The notes beneath the pieces were generated by a model that was not told where the DNA came from, searched no databases, and was given only the letters and a program-made list of their open reading frames with translations. The position numbers and the translations under genes are program-made. DNA of 64,000 bases from Kondoa subrosea (lineage: Eukaryota): the NCBI GenBank assembly GCA_039545335.1, contig BCIN01000003.1:2613060-2677059 (forward strand), in the 5' to 3' direction. This document shows positions 51,309-63,399 of this stretch, one piece after another (within the stretch, counting starts at the first letter, position 1; each line of letters starts with the position of its first letter).

Positions 51309-51439
51309 GGTATTATTCTCAGAATACGAGGGTATTGGTGACAGGTCAACAGGGAGATTTAGTGAAGGCAGGCAAGCAATGGTACATAGGCAACAGAAGC
51401 TATTGATATGCAATGCAACCTCTGCTATTAATGCCCAGA

Positions 51440-53482
51440 TCAACTCTTCAGCGCCTTCTTCAGAGTCTGCAGCAAAAGAAACTTTCAGCTTCCGACAGCA
51501 CAGTACGAAGATATCTTAGACTTACGCTCTCCATCTCGTCAAAGTCATCCGTCTGGACCTTGACGATATTTCTACCCAAAGACTTCTCGAGCGATTCCAT
51601 AATTTGGAAAGATTTCTGATCGTGCACGAAGTTGATAGATATGCCTTGTCTCCCGAATCTTCCTGTCCGACCTGTGCCACCGGGTCTAGAGCATCAGCGC
51701 CAGGCCGATTTTCTACCACCTGTACGCACCTATTCTATGAATATAAGTCTCCGCGTCCGGTCGACCATTCTTATCCGTAGGTAAATCATAACTATTTTCC
51801 ATCAGCTCTACCCTAGCAGAAGGCTGAAAGAAACCTACTTGATGACCAGATTCACTTGCAGCACATCAATTCCTCGTGCAATAACATTGGTAGTGATCAG
51901 CACTTTAGTTTTCCCAGACTTGAAATCATCCATGACAGTATCTCGATCCGCTCCATCAAGTTGACCATGCAAAGCAGTAACTTTGTGTCCTTCCGCTACC
52001 ATTCTTCGTGCAATCTCATCGGCTTGATCTCGTCTCTGTAAGCAGCGCGCAATTAAAGAATGTACCGAAATACAGTTGAAGACAGCGTCTTGCCTTGCAA
52101 AAAATGATAGATTGACCGACTGTGAGAAGATGATAAAGTTCTGTCAAGACTTCGTATTTATGTTGTTCGTTCCTGCAATCTGTGCGTGCATTTGCTCGAA
52201 TTAGCTAAAACGTAGCTAGAATGAGAAAGACGCAAACGCACCCATGAAAAATTGTTTGATCGCATCCAAACTCAATTCTTCCTTCTTCAGTCGAATTTCA
52301 TTGGCATTAGGTGCGAATCTCAGAGCGAAATTCCGGACTGTATCGCTGAAAGTAGCGGAAAAGAGAACTATTTGGACTGATTTGTTGGCTCTAGTGATCA
52401 AGCTATCACGGAGATCATCAGTAAGAGAAGCACAGATACGGAGAGGAGACGGCACTTCTTGATGTTTATACTCTGATCTGCCATTTGACCTTCATCGAGC
52501 ATATTATCCGCTTCATCCAGAACAAATACTTTGATTTTGCTTAAATCAAGAACACCTCTAGATCTGACCATCTGTCAAGAATCCCAAAGCAGAACTTCAG
52601 CTAGTGAAGACAGCTTCCGGGCCAAACTGACATCGAGTATTGTTCCCGTTGTCCCAACTATCAGATGAGCTTCAATAGGGCTTCCTTTAAACCTTGCTCC
52701 TTTAGTAGCCAAGAAAGTTTTCAGTTTAGTGAATTCGGCCATTTTCGATACTACATCCATAATCTGCCGTGTGAGTTCTCTCGAAGGAGCAACGCAAATG
52801 GCCTATTCGAACTTGCTCAGCGGGATCAAAGTGAAGAACAAAACAACGGACCTGAGGCACATCTTGTGTGAAATCAATACGACTGAGCATAGTGAGAACA
52901 AAAGCTGCTGTTTTGCCTGTCCCAGATTGAGATTGACCAATCATATTTTGCGGTCTGCACGTTCAAGAAGCTGATGATGAGCAGAGAATCGCAATGGTTG
53001 GCTTATCTGAACATACGGGTCTTGTAATAGCAGAGGTAGCGCTCGAGATTGGATCTTTGATGGTTTCTGGAATCCCATCTTATATACTCCCTTGAGCAGA
53101 TCAGGATGTCTATTCTACCACATGAGCAACAGCATCATCTGACGGTCACAGGAACAAGCGAACAGGTGCAAGTCTTCAAAGCTCTGAGCAGAATACAAAG
53201 GAGAATTCGGGTCCGCTTGCTGGTCAGCTAAAGTGACTTGGACTTCATGTTCTATGTTCTGCAACAGTTGGCTAGCTGTAGAAGAAGATGCTTCGGCTGG
53301 TGCAGAGGCTTCCTCATCTCCTGCTGTCGGTGCTGAGTCTTGCTCATTTGTAGAAGTATTTTGTTCAGTTTCTGGTTTCACAGAAAGACGTGTCGCCAGA
53401 TCGTCTGCAGATGGTAATCAGTCATGTGCCAGGTCTCTGCAGCTATCTTACACCCACTAGACAAGGTATCAGGCGTTGACAT
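51440..53482 (-). CDS. DBP5: ATP-dependent DEAD-box RNA helicase Dbp5/DDX19
   Basis: [61 protein letters not shown]. Confidence 0.97.
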
Positions 53483-53603
53483 GGTTGTATATTGTTGACG
53501 CATCGCGCACAATGTCTGCTTCGAACATCGAGCACTTTCCTTCCGTCCCGCCGCTCTAGCATATCCGTTCGCGCTCTAGAGCCAGACCTGAACCAACAAA
53601 AGC

Positions 53604-54886
53604 ATGGCACCTTGTCAGATTTGTGCAAAGAAAGCTCTGACAGAATGTTCCAAATGTAAATGTTCAAGATACTGCTCCGTAGCCTGTCAGACTGTTGGAT
53701 GGAACAAGCACAAGGCTTTATGCAAGCTGCTTAAGACAATGGGGTGACTTATTGATAACATCTCAGGCGATTCAACGCTGATATGAAATAATCCTCGACC
53801 GGAGAAAGATGGAAGCTCGCCTGTCGTTCTCCTGATTGGCAAATTCCTGAACCTTTTATGGATCTGTTTGCTACCTTTTTGGGAGAATTGCAAAGGAGAA
53901 GTGCACCCATCTTAGCTGATACAGTAGAGAAAGCTATGGCTGCTATGAATGGAGAAAAACTGCAAGCGATCATGCTGGCAGAGGGCTGATACTGGAGACT
54001 CGCGAATGGCAGCAGGTTCTGTTAGAAATCGTGGAGAGAACACGAGAAGGTAGCAGGCTTATCATTGGTCTCGATTTCCCGAATTCGTACAGTAAGTCTA
54101 ATGAAGGTGCGAAGGTCTTCATTGATGTGGCATAACAGCTACGCAACTCAACCCTCTTTTCGCTTACTTGCGCATTGCGAGCTTAATTGACATTTTCTGG
54201 CAGTCTACTTCTAATGTGATACTAGCCATGGGTCTGTAAAGACTACTTCAGAACGGATTTCCGTCTATCGACCAAAGTCAAACACCCAATAACAAAGGCA
54301 GTTGGTCTACCGCAGGAATTCAGCATGAAGGCAAATCAACTAAGCAATGTTTCAGAAAGTGAGGCTCTATACGTTTTGGCTCCAGGCGCGAAACTATAAT
54401 CTGCTGTCTTTCTGCAAGAAGATGTTGCCAAGTATGCCGGTTGCCCGACTGCAATCGCACCTTTTGGCAAAGGCTTTGTATGCTATCACGGAGATGCGAA
54501 TCAAGAACCAGGAAGCATGAAGATTATGTTGGCCATGTGTGGTTTACCGCTTGAAGTAGGGTGTCTTTGTGCCTATCCTACTTTCATCCGTGCTGACTTG
54601 GACGTAGTACTGTACTCTCGTAGATCAAACAGAAGCAAGCACTGCTCAACCTATACAAGGTCTCGGCGGCAAAGCTAATGTTTCGCTCGGTTTCTTGGGC
54701 GCCAAAGGAGCAAAAGCTAGTGATGCACCTACATCAGTGGCTGATGGCAAAGATACACCGGTTTCGATGGCCACTGATCTTGGTTATGGTATGCGACCTG
54801 CTTTCAGAGTATCAAGTGATACAAGACCAAGATTCTCTCGCTGGGGCCAATGGACTACGGAAGATATGATGCCTAAGAAGATGTAG
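53604..54886 (+). pseudogene. Disrupted MYND zinc finger + class-I glutamine-amidotransferase-like fungal protein
   Basis: MAPCQICAKKALTECSKCKCSRYCSVACQTVGWNKHKALC (MYND), followed by ...LPW-like 'PWVCKDYFRTDF', 'SMKA..L.NV', 'GDANQE....MLAMCGL'. Frameshift/TGA at 53987 and in-frame TAA at 54397. 3' end uncertain. Confidence 0.75.
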
Positions 54887-55127
54887 TACAAGGTCACTAG
54901 TGCTGTACGATGCTTGCATCTCAGTCATATGATGATGAAAGAGCCAGGAGCGGCACAGCTTCGATAGACAGCATGGAAGGGAAGAGTCGAGCATAATTGA
55001 GGTAGACGTTGATCATGAGTCGGGAAATGAATGTGCATACGTCCTAACAGCTATACTTTGACTGTGACCGAGCTTGCTTGATGCTCGCTTCAGAAAAAGG
55101 GAGGCAATTGGTCTGCGACCATTCACC

Positions 55128-56143
55128 ATGTCCTTATCTAAATCAGCTCTTTTGAAACGCTGTACATGTAGTATACGGCCAGCAGTACAGCCAGGTTCGT
55201 CGCTCAAGCTCACAGCTTGCCTGCGTCTGACAATTCTTGAATAGCGTTGGCTCGAAAATATGCAACATCCGCTCTTCCAGACCAGGCTAGCACTTCTTCT
55301 GCAGGTCAGTACTCATCTAATGGCACTTTATTGCATTTATCTGACACACATCCACAGCTTCAAACTTGCCTGTCTGGCCTTACACTGATCCAGACAAAGT
55401 GAATATCATCTCTGCTGAGCCAATCGCTGGGACAGCAGAATGGGGCACTGGCAAATCTTCTTCGAAAACCTTCATGCAACAAGTCAACGCCCATCTAATA
55501 GCAACTCGAGCTCAAACCGATCCTAATCTTTTATCCCGTCTAGCACTCTTTTCTCGATCTAAAAGACATCGTCGAGCACCAATAGCAGCACCAGGTTCTA
55601 TTCTCACAGTTTCCTTTTATACCAACCCTTCTAGAACTCAAACCAATACTTTTTCTGGTTGTTTGATTGGAGTGAGAAGAAGAGGGGTGGATTTGAATTT
55701 CAGGTTACGCAACGTGCTCAACAAAACTGGAGTGGAAATGCTGTTCAATGCTACTTCTAATATGATCAAGGATATTGAGGTTGTCAGTAGAGCAGATTTG
55801 ACAAAGAGGGATAAACCGGAACCTGGGCATGCGCTCAGATTTAGGTCAGTCGATTCAGGAGACTCTCGTTTCGACGAGTTCATCCGCAGTCTTACTTGAC
55901 AGACGAGCGAAACTGTATTACATGCGCGAAAACCCAAATACATTACCAAACGTAGGAAGCGCTGTTCGATCAGCAGAAGAAAGGGCCGCAAAGCAAGCAT
56001 TGGCTGATGCACCGAAAGAAGATACTTCCACCACGCAAACCAACAAGCAGAAGAAGAAAGCAGATAGAAAACAAGCTCGAGCTGAAGCCAGAGCGTTGAA
56101 ATCTAACTCAGCGGAAGAAAGTAGCGGAGTTGTAGCAGAGTAG
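55128..56143 (+). CDS. IMG1: Mitochondrial ribosomal protein L19 (Img1)
   Basis: APGSILTV, FSGCLIGVRRRGVD.NFRLRNV...GVEM.F, IKDIEVV, FR|RAKLYYMR. Confidence 0.92.
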
Positions 56144-56379
56144 TGGCTCTTCATTATGTGTAAAGACAAGATTACAATTGACTAGCCTACTGAGTCGTTG
56201 ATACATGACCGAGTTAAAAAATCTCTAAAGTGAAAATGGTAATATACATGCAACAACAGTCTTTGTGGGATATACTGAGTAAACGCTTTGGGTAGAGAAG
56301 GAGAATGGTACATAACGATGCCTTGAAATGCTCCTGCAAGATAGAACGACTGTAGAACGATTACTGCGAAGCCGAATCT

Positions 56380-59256
56380 TCAAGCCAAAGAGCCATGGTT
56401 CGGTGGAAGTTCCTGAACGCGAATGCCATAGAAGCTTTCGATTCTGTACACGAAATCGACAACAAATCAGCAGATGACGAGTTTGCGCGAACTTCACTGT
56501 ACCTTCTTAGTCCAGCGATGTCATCTTCACTTGTAATTACATTTACTGCAGCTCCGCCTCGACCATAACCGCTCGGAGCGCAGACGGAGACGGAGTGCAC
56601 GTAGGCTTCGACTGACGTCGGCAGATCGAAGTTGATAACCAAAGGAACTTGATAGAGGTCAGATAAGGTGCGGCACAGAATATCAAAGCTGCAGATATAG
56701 CAACTGATCAGCAAAGTCATGCAAATCGTATTCACACGTACATAACCAAGCACTTCTTCTGCGCTGGGCCAGCATTGAATTTAGACATGATGTTGGCTCT
56801 TGCGGAAGAACCCATGTCGCCATGCTGTATCTCTATTAGTCGATTACCGGTATAGAATGTGAATGCGCTTACCAAAGCGAGAGCATCAATACCTCGTCTC
56901 GTCAGATGGTACGAGACAGCTTCTACCGCCTCAACAGATCCACCTTTCCGTAGACAATCAGTGAAGGCTGTAATTCAGAGACTGTTCACATACAATAGAT
57001 GACCACTTGTCTAGCTTGCACGTCCTCTACTAAATCAGCAACCGCTTCTAACTTCCAAGCTTCTTCACCCGGACCGCTTCTGGTACCTTGAGCACGACTC
57101 GCAATAGCAACATAAAGGAAATAATGTCGAATGCCTTTAAGAACTGTTTCGATACCACTGCTTGGGCTCCTATTACTTCTTCCTCCTCCGCCTCCTACTA
57201 ATGAACTACCAGCATTCGAAGCAGCTACAGCTGTTTTGCGAACTAGAACTCGAACTGGTTCTCTTAATTGCATAGAAGAAGCCATAGTGAGCAATTCCGG
57301 ACTCATGACTCGACCGAAAATTGCTGTTTGGCGTGCGACTTTGGGGCCGTTACTGACATTTGAAGTTGTACGTTCTCGATTGTCCGAATCGCCAAAGGGA
57401 TCGAATTTGGGTGCAGCGTAAGAAGGAGAGGAAGAAGGCGAAGGTAAGAGTCTCATAAGATTGTAGACCATCTCAGTTGACTGTTGATTGACTAGGGCAT
57501 CCGCTTCATCCAAAATGACAATCCGAGGACCACCTTCGTACCCAAAAGCGCGCATTGCTAATAGATCCAGGATGGTCTGACAAGTACCGATCAAGATGTG
57601 AGGCCGGGATCGTTGCAACATGTTGTGATCTTCCGAAGCATTTTGCGACACTGCTAGACCTGTGCGAACACCGAGAGTTGATCCCATCTGCTGACAGACC
57701 TGGTGGGCGAAAGAAGCAGCTTCGACGCTTGCAGTGATGACTAGAGCAGTAATGGGAGAAGATGGTGAAGCGGCACAGATCTGAATGGCTGGAAGAGCAT
57801 AGGAGATGACGCTCTCGAGAGAAGTGCTACACTGGCTAACAATATCTTCTCCAGCTTGAAGCAAACATGGTATTGCCTTGAGCTGAATCTTCGTGGGTGC
57901 TTGTAAAGTGGAGATGCGAAGGAGAGATTGAAACAGATTTGGACTGATCAAAGGTGCAATGCAAGACCACTTCTGATGTATCAGAGCGATATTAGAGTCA
58001 TTTTCGCTGACGTGACTATGACTTCCCCCATTCATCGTTGCTGGCTAAAAGAGTAGTTCAATGTCTTGTTCTCAAGTGGTCATGGAACATATACTCACAT
58101 CTAGACTGATGCTGCGGTCGGCTAATTGTGGTCTAGGATTGAAAGAGGGCGTTGCGGCGGAAAGCTTAGCTTCAGGTTGAGCTTGTGAAATTACCTGTTG
58201 TAGCACGGGTGAATTGGAGTGTCTCTGTAAGCTGAGAGATTGCTGGTGTTGCGAAGCTTGCACAGAAAGTAGTTGAGCTACAGTTCCGCTGAGCGAAGAG
58301 ATTTGCGAAGATAGCTGGCGAATTGTTTCATTATTGCCATCGCTCTGATTGGCAGTGTTTAAAACGCCAGTCAAGACAGAAGCTGAGATTTCTGATGATC
58401 CGCCGACTTGCTGCGGTGCTCGGCCAACTGCTGAAGAAGCTGAAGATCCAGGCGGACCTGAATTGGACTGACGTTGAGCACGAAGAAGGTAGTCCACATC
58501 CGTTCGCAACGAGGCAACTTGAGCTGTAAGATCGCGCAATGGAAATAGGCTGAATTCTACCCTTATAAGCCGACTACATAGTCGTAAGCACTGAACTGCT
58601 CCATCGCTGACATGAAAGAGCTTACTCTAACAAGTCCTGCGCAAAAGGATCAGTGGCATTGAGACCACTTTGAGGAGTAATTGAGTTCGGTTCGACTAAT
58701 GCATCGCCCGCAGATGGATTGGCCTTCGATAGATCTGCTGCTTGGGAGGACGATGGAGCTGGAGAAGGATTTCTGTGAGCTGCCAAAGAATGCAATTCGA
58801 CTGCTGGACTTTCTGGTCTCGCAGCAGATTCCGTCGTGTTGGTGCCTTCGGCGGAGGAAGAAGCAGACATCTTGTAGAATGTATCTCGAACAGCTTTCTG
58901 ATCCATCTCCACCTGCAAATCTTCTCGTTCCTCAACACCCCAAGCAGCTAGAGATTTCTCTCTCGTCAACGGAGTAATCAATTCGAATTGCTTGTTAGCT
59001 TGTACAGATTTACGTTGTTCCATAGCTGGTCTCTTAGGAGCTGCAGGTACGTCTATGGCAGTCAGAAAGCATGAAACTGAGCGGAAATTGTTACTGCTGA
59101 AGAGAATCTTCACATACAGCAGCCATTCTGGAAATGTCCAGCCATACCCGCTTCTTGATCAAATGCGCCAAAGGTTTGATCATCCAGCTCTGGATCTGAT
59201 CCAGTAGGTGATCCAGAGCGAAAGGGCATTCGAGGAGACGCAAAGCCATGCGACAT
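56380..59256 (-). CDS. eIF4A-like DEAD-box protein with degenerate ATPase motifs and N-terminal coiled-coil/disordered extension
   Basis: PTKIQ..AIP, PHILIGT, ILDEAD, L.EPVRVLV, LKGIRHYF, HGDM, VPLVINFDLP, RIESFY..RVQELP. Motifs I, III and VI are not canonical. Confidence 0.85.
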
Positions 59257-59651
59257 TGTTCACAGCAGAAGCTCTCGAGACAGCGAAAATAGGGGCTCCG
59301 CTCAAGGTGTCAAGCCTTCAGGCAGGGTTGAGTCAGCCTCGTGTATGGTCAGTCGACTAGTGCAGCCATTTGCGGCGTTGCAGGACCGTATGGGACCAAA
59401 GTACTAAAGTGCAAACTGATGATCGGCTCGAGGTACGGTAAACATTGCAGGACACTGTGTGGATGATCAAGACGAATGCAAAGGGCAGTAATGGTAGGCT
59501 GTTGTCGAGTAACATGCTAGCATGAAGTCGCGAGAAAAAACTGAGGAGAACCGTGCGCGACCGCATCGATTTCCATTGCATCACGCAACACGACGATAGA
59601 AAGCTACCTGAGCACAACATCGTCAAAGCTTGCGACAACTCTAAACCCATC

Positions 59652-62600
59652 TCACTCGAACAACTCAGTCGGTTCTTTGGTCATGATACCTTGAACAGCA
59701 CTTGTCTTGTTTCTCTTTCGACGTGGCGACGAGCGAGCAACAGCATCAAAAGGTCGTTTCTTGGTAGCCGCAGATGGGATTGCCGGAGAGGGACGTCTTT
59801 GGCTGTTGCGGCGAGAGCTTGCAGAAGGAGATGCGACCTGTTCGCAAGAAATATAGAAAGCCAGGTGATTGCACGTGCAGACGTACGAACGGAATCGGAG
59901 GACCAACAGAAGCCGTACGTTGAGCACGAGGTGAGCTGTGAGGAGAATTGGGCGAAAGAGGTTGTAAGCGGGAAGTAGCAGTGCGTGCTTGAGCAGCAAG
60001 TCCAGCTTGCTCGCGAGCAATACGACGTTCGCGACTTGCATCTTGTCGCAAAGCAGTCTTCAATTCTTGAGGCGAAAGAGAGTGGCCCTGTTCTTCTTCT
60101 CCGATCGCATCGCTGTCTGTCAATTGAGTTTGATTGCGAGCGTTGCGTTTCTGTCGAAGGGTTAGATGCTTGTGCATGAAATGAGAGCCGTCACTGACTT
60201 GCAAATCAGCCAAAGAGTGCTCTAAAGCCTCGGCGATTTCCTTCTCAGCACCTTGACCAGGGGTGAAGTATCGAGCTCGAGATAGCTTTGCCCTGCCCAG
60301 CATCCTTAGCATATGTTGTCCATGATCGGATCAGGACCTACTGCTCATACAAACGATTGAAGACCGTTCGAGTCTTTTTGGCAACATTGCGAGATTTCCC
60401 GCCAGTCGAGGGAGGTCTGTCCTTACCCATAGATTCTTGACGAACGAAGCCTTCAATACACAAGCGGCTGTACAGCTGGGTCGCGACTTGCAGATCGCAA
60501 TCTAACGACCATAATCTTCAGCCTTCAACGGAATTTCGATCTACAGTATCTTACCAAGTAGTTGCTTGAGACCAGTAGCGGAAGGCATCTCAACCACAGC
60601 TGCACAAAGAGTGATAACTAAGAGACGGTCGTTGGCTTGTTGGGTGCTTTGAAAATGATAGAGGCTTACCGTGACGGAAGAGAGCCAGAGTACGCAAAGC
60701 TTCTAAAGCAGCTTGAACGCGACCTTCATATTGTGCATCGTACGTCGCTTCACTAGGAGAGTATTGACACTTGTAGCAAGAGAAATTTCCGGCATCTGGC
60801 TGGAACTTGCCATCTTCATAGCTACAAAGATTTAATCAGCGTTATGTGTCTCGGTCATGAAAGCACACTTACCCATAGCAACAAGTGTGCACCCAAAGTC
60901 CGCAAGAATCGCAAGCTGCCATCTCACCTACAAACATGGTATGACCGCAATCGCAAGGATCAGTATTCTCTGGCTGGTCATTGCCCCGAGTATCCTCGGC
61001 AGTCATCCTAATAAGAGATTGAGTAGGATCGACCAGGGTTCGAGAATTCTGAGCTCGCTCAACAGCGGCGCTGACAAGATTTGCTTTTGGTGCAACGAAT
61101 TTTAAAAGTCCTGAATCGTTTCCAGGTTCTTCATCAGTAATCATCTTGTCCTTGACTGGCGATGGCACAAGTAGATCGACAGGTTCATCATCTAAATCCA
61201 TATCATGAGATGCGGGTTGAGGTGCTTGAGAAATAGCTAAAGGCGTTTCGGCAGTTTCGTCTTCTTGCTGTGATCCACCAGGTGAATCGATCCTATTACC
61301 ATTGTGAGTAGCAAGCGCTTTCATTTGCTGCATCAATGCATGGGTCGCAATAGTGGAATCTTGCGAATCGAATGAATACTGTGTCTCAAATGGGGGCTCA
61401 TGTTCTACAGGAGGCTGCTGCTGCTGCTGCTCGTCGAGTTGCATTTGAGCAATTCGCTGATGTGGAGGCGAAGGTGGTGGAGATTCTGGAACGGGCGTCA
61501 AAGAGCTTGAGCGAGATTGTGTCTCTGACAAGTTGGACGAAACAATTTGAGATGCTGATACAATCTGTTTTGGTTGGGATGATTCGATGGACTCAGATAA
61601 AGCTTGAGATGAGGGCAAAGGCTGAGTGGCAATCAACGAATCAGAGCGAGATTGGCTCGACTGAATATACATCAGCAAGGCTCCATATATAGGGCATGAA
61701 TGACTCACAACAGAGCGCAAAGGATCGTTACTTGAAATACGAGGGGCAAACATGGGAGCTGAATCAATGCGAGGTGGCAGATAAGACAAGCTCTGACAAG
61801 GTGAAGCTGGTTCTTCAAGCAAAGCGGGAGGTAGCGGTGGTGATCCAGGTAGAGGCTCAAGCTGTTCTCCATCTCTAGTCCGACGACCCTCAGGCTTGGG
61901 TTTACGCATAGACGCAGGTGCGCCTTGAGCTTTAGCTTGACTTTCCGTTTCAGCTTCTGAATCTTGTTCGCCAAGATCTTCAGCATCCCAAACAACAGGC
62001 CGCTCAGCAGCTTCAGCTCTGTTGTACTGCACATCAATCTGTTCTGAAGTCGCAGTGGCCGAAGGCATCGAGATTGGTTGCTCATCGGTCGAAGGCATGT
62101 GAAGTACCACTGAGGATACGTTGAGTGATACTGAATGGTAGCCAGTGCTCACGCGGCCCTGATCGCTTGTCAATCAGCCTCCATTCGATAGTAAAGAAAG
62201 GAAGACCCACAATCGGAACACGATCTGGTACTTCGTCGATATCATGAGTGCCAAATTTGTATTTGTTTGACTCATAATCAACATCAGAGAAGTGAGGAGC
62301 TGTGTCACTAGGGTTAGCCATCACTTTAACATGTCTTGTGATAGACATACGCTGATAAACATCGGGCGTTTCCTCCGTGTAATACAGCTTCATAGCAATG
62401 TAGCGACGGCGAGGAAGCTCGCTCATGAGTTGAGTCATGGTGATCAAGCGCTTTACGAGCAGTTGTACATCGGTCTTGACTTGATCGCGAGTTTGGTGCT
62501 TCTTGCGCTTCGCTTCGTAACCGATTTCCGTAGCATCGACTTCGATGTCTTTCAGCTCATCTCGTACATTCATCGAAGGTTTGCTGAATGTGCTAGTTGT

Positions 62601-63326
62601 CCCATCGGATGCAGTTACGGTTTGATCAGTATAAGAGAAGTTTAGTCTGCCTCGCACGTGAGCAAGGCGTACATGATTCAAAGATATGCTCACGTATAAC
62701 ACTCGATCAAGTCATTAGGACGGTCAGGGTCGACCTGTTATGTTTCAGTAGTGAATGCGTCAAGGCAAAAGAGAGCAAACATAGATAGCAAGCATCATAG
62801 TCTTCAAGAAGCTACGATCGAGTGCATCTTTGACACCATCCATGTAGTCGAGCAAGCGATCGCCTTCCTTCGAGCCGCCTCGATGAAGTTTCTTGATACG
62901 AACCGAGTTACCTGAAGCCTTGGGATGCGCTTTCTTGCCAATACTTTCGCAGAAGATCAACAGCAGTTTTTTACAGTAAATATAAGGTAGCTTACGTCTC
63001 ATCGGTAAAAGCGCTGCAAGCAGAATTCAGCTTGTGCAGCGCTAGAACGCAATCAAGTGACACACTCATCAGGAAAGATACCTCTGTTTTCGCGTGATAT
63101 TCAGCTCTGAAGCAATCACATTGAGTCAGCACTCACCTTAGAAAAGAGATACAGCCAATTGCAGCATCCCTGGACTCTAAATATCAGAAGTAAACAATGG
63201 CCATTTCGAGCTCAAAATCTACATGAGGAGCTTCACTTCAGTCAACGACTGCTGCTTGGTGATCAAAGCTTGATCAGTAGCTTGAGATTGGACCTGCTTG
63301 GGTGGTCGAAGTAGCTGCGAAGTCAT
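59652..63326 (-). CDS. HOP1: Meiotic chromosome-axis protein Hop1 (HORMA + PHD + winged-helix + C-terminal tail)
   Basis: HORMA: QSLTEVK, CISFLRGIFPD.AF, GVKDALDRSFLK, LIECYTLNFSY, LPRRRYIAMKLYY..TP..YQPP.F. PHD: CDCG...CDSC..WVH.CCYGY...CYKC. WH: RLCIEGFV. Tail KRNKTSAV. Confidence 0.92.
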
Positions 63327-63399
63327 CGTTTGTGGTCAAGGCCTGGGGGAGATCGACGCAAAGAGAACGACGCGAGCAGACTCTATGAGCCATATGGAA

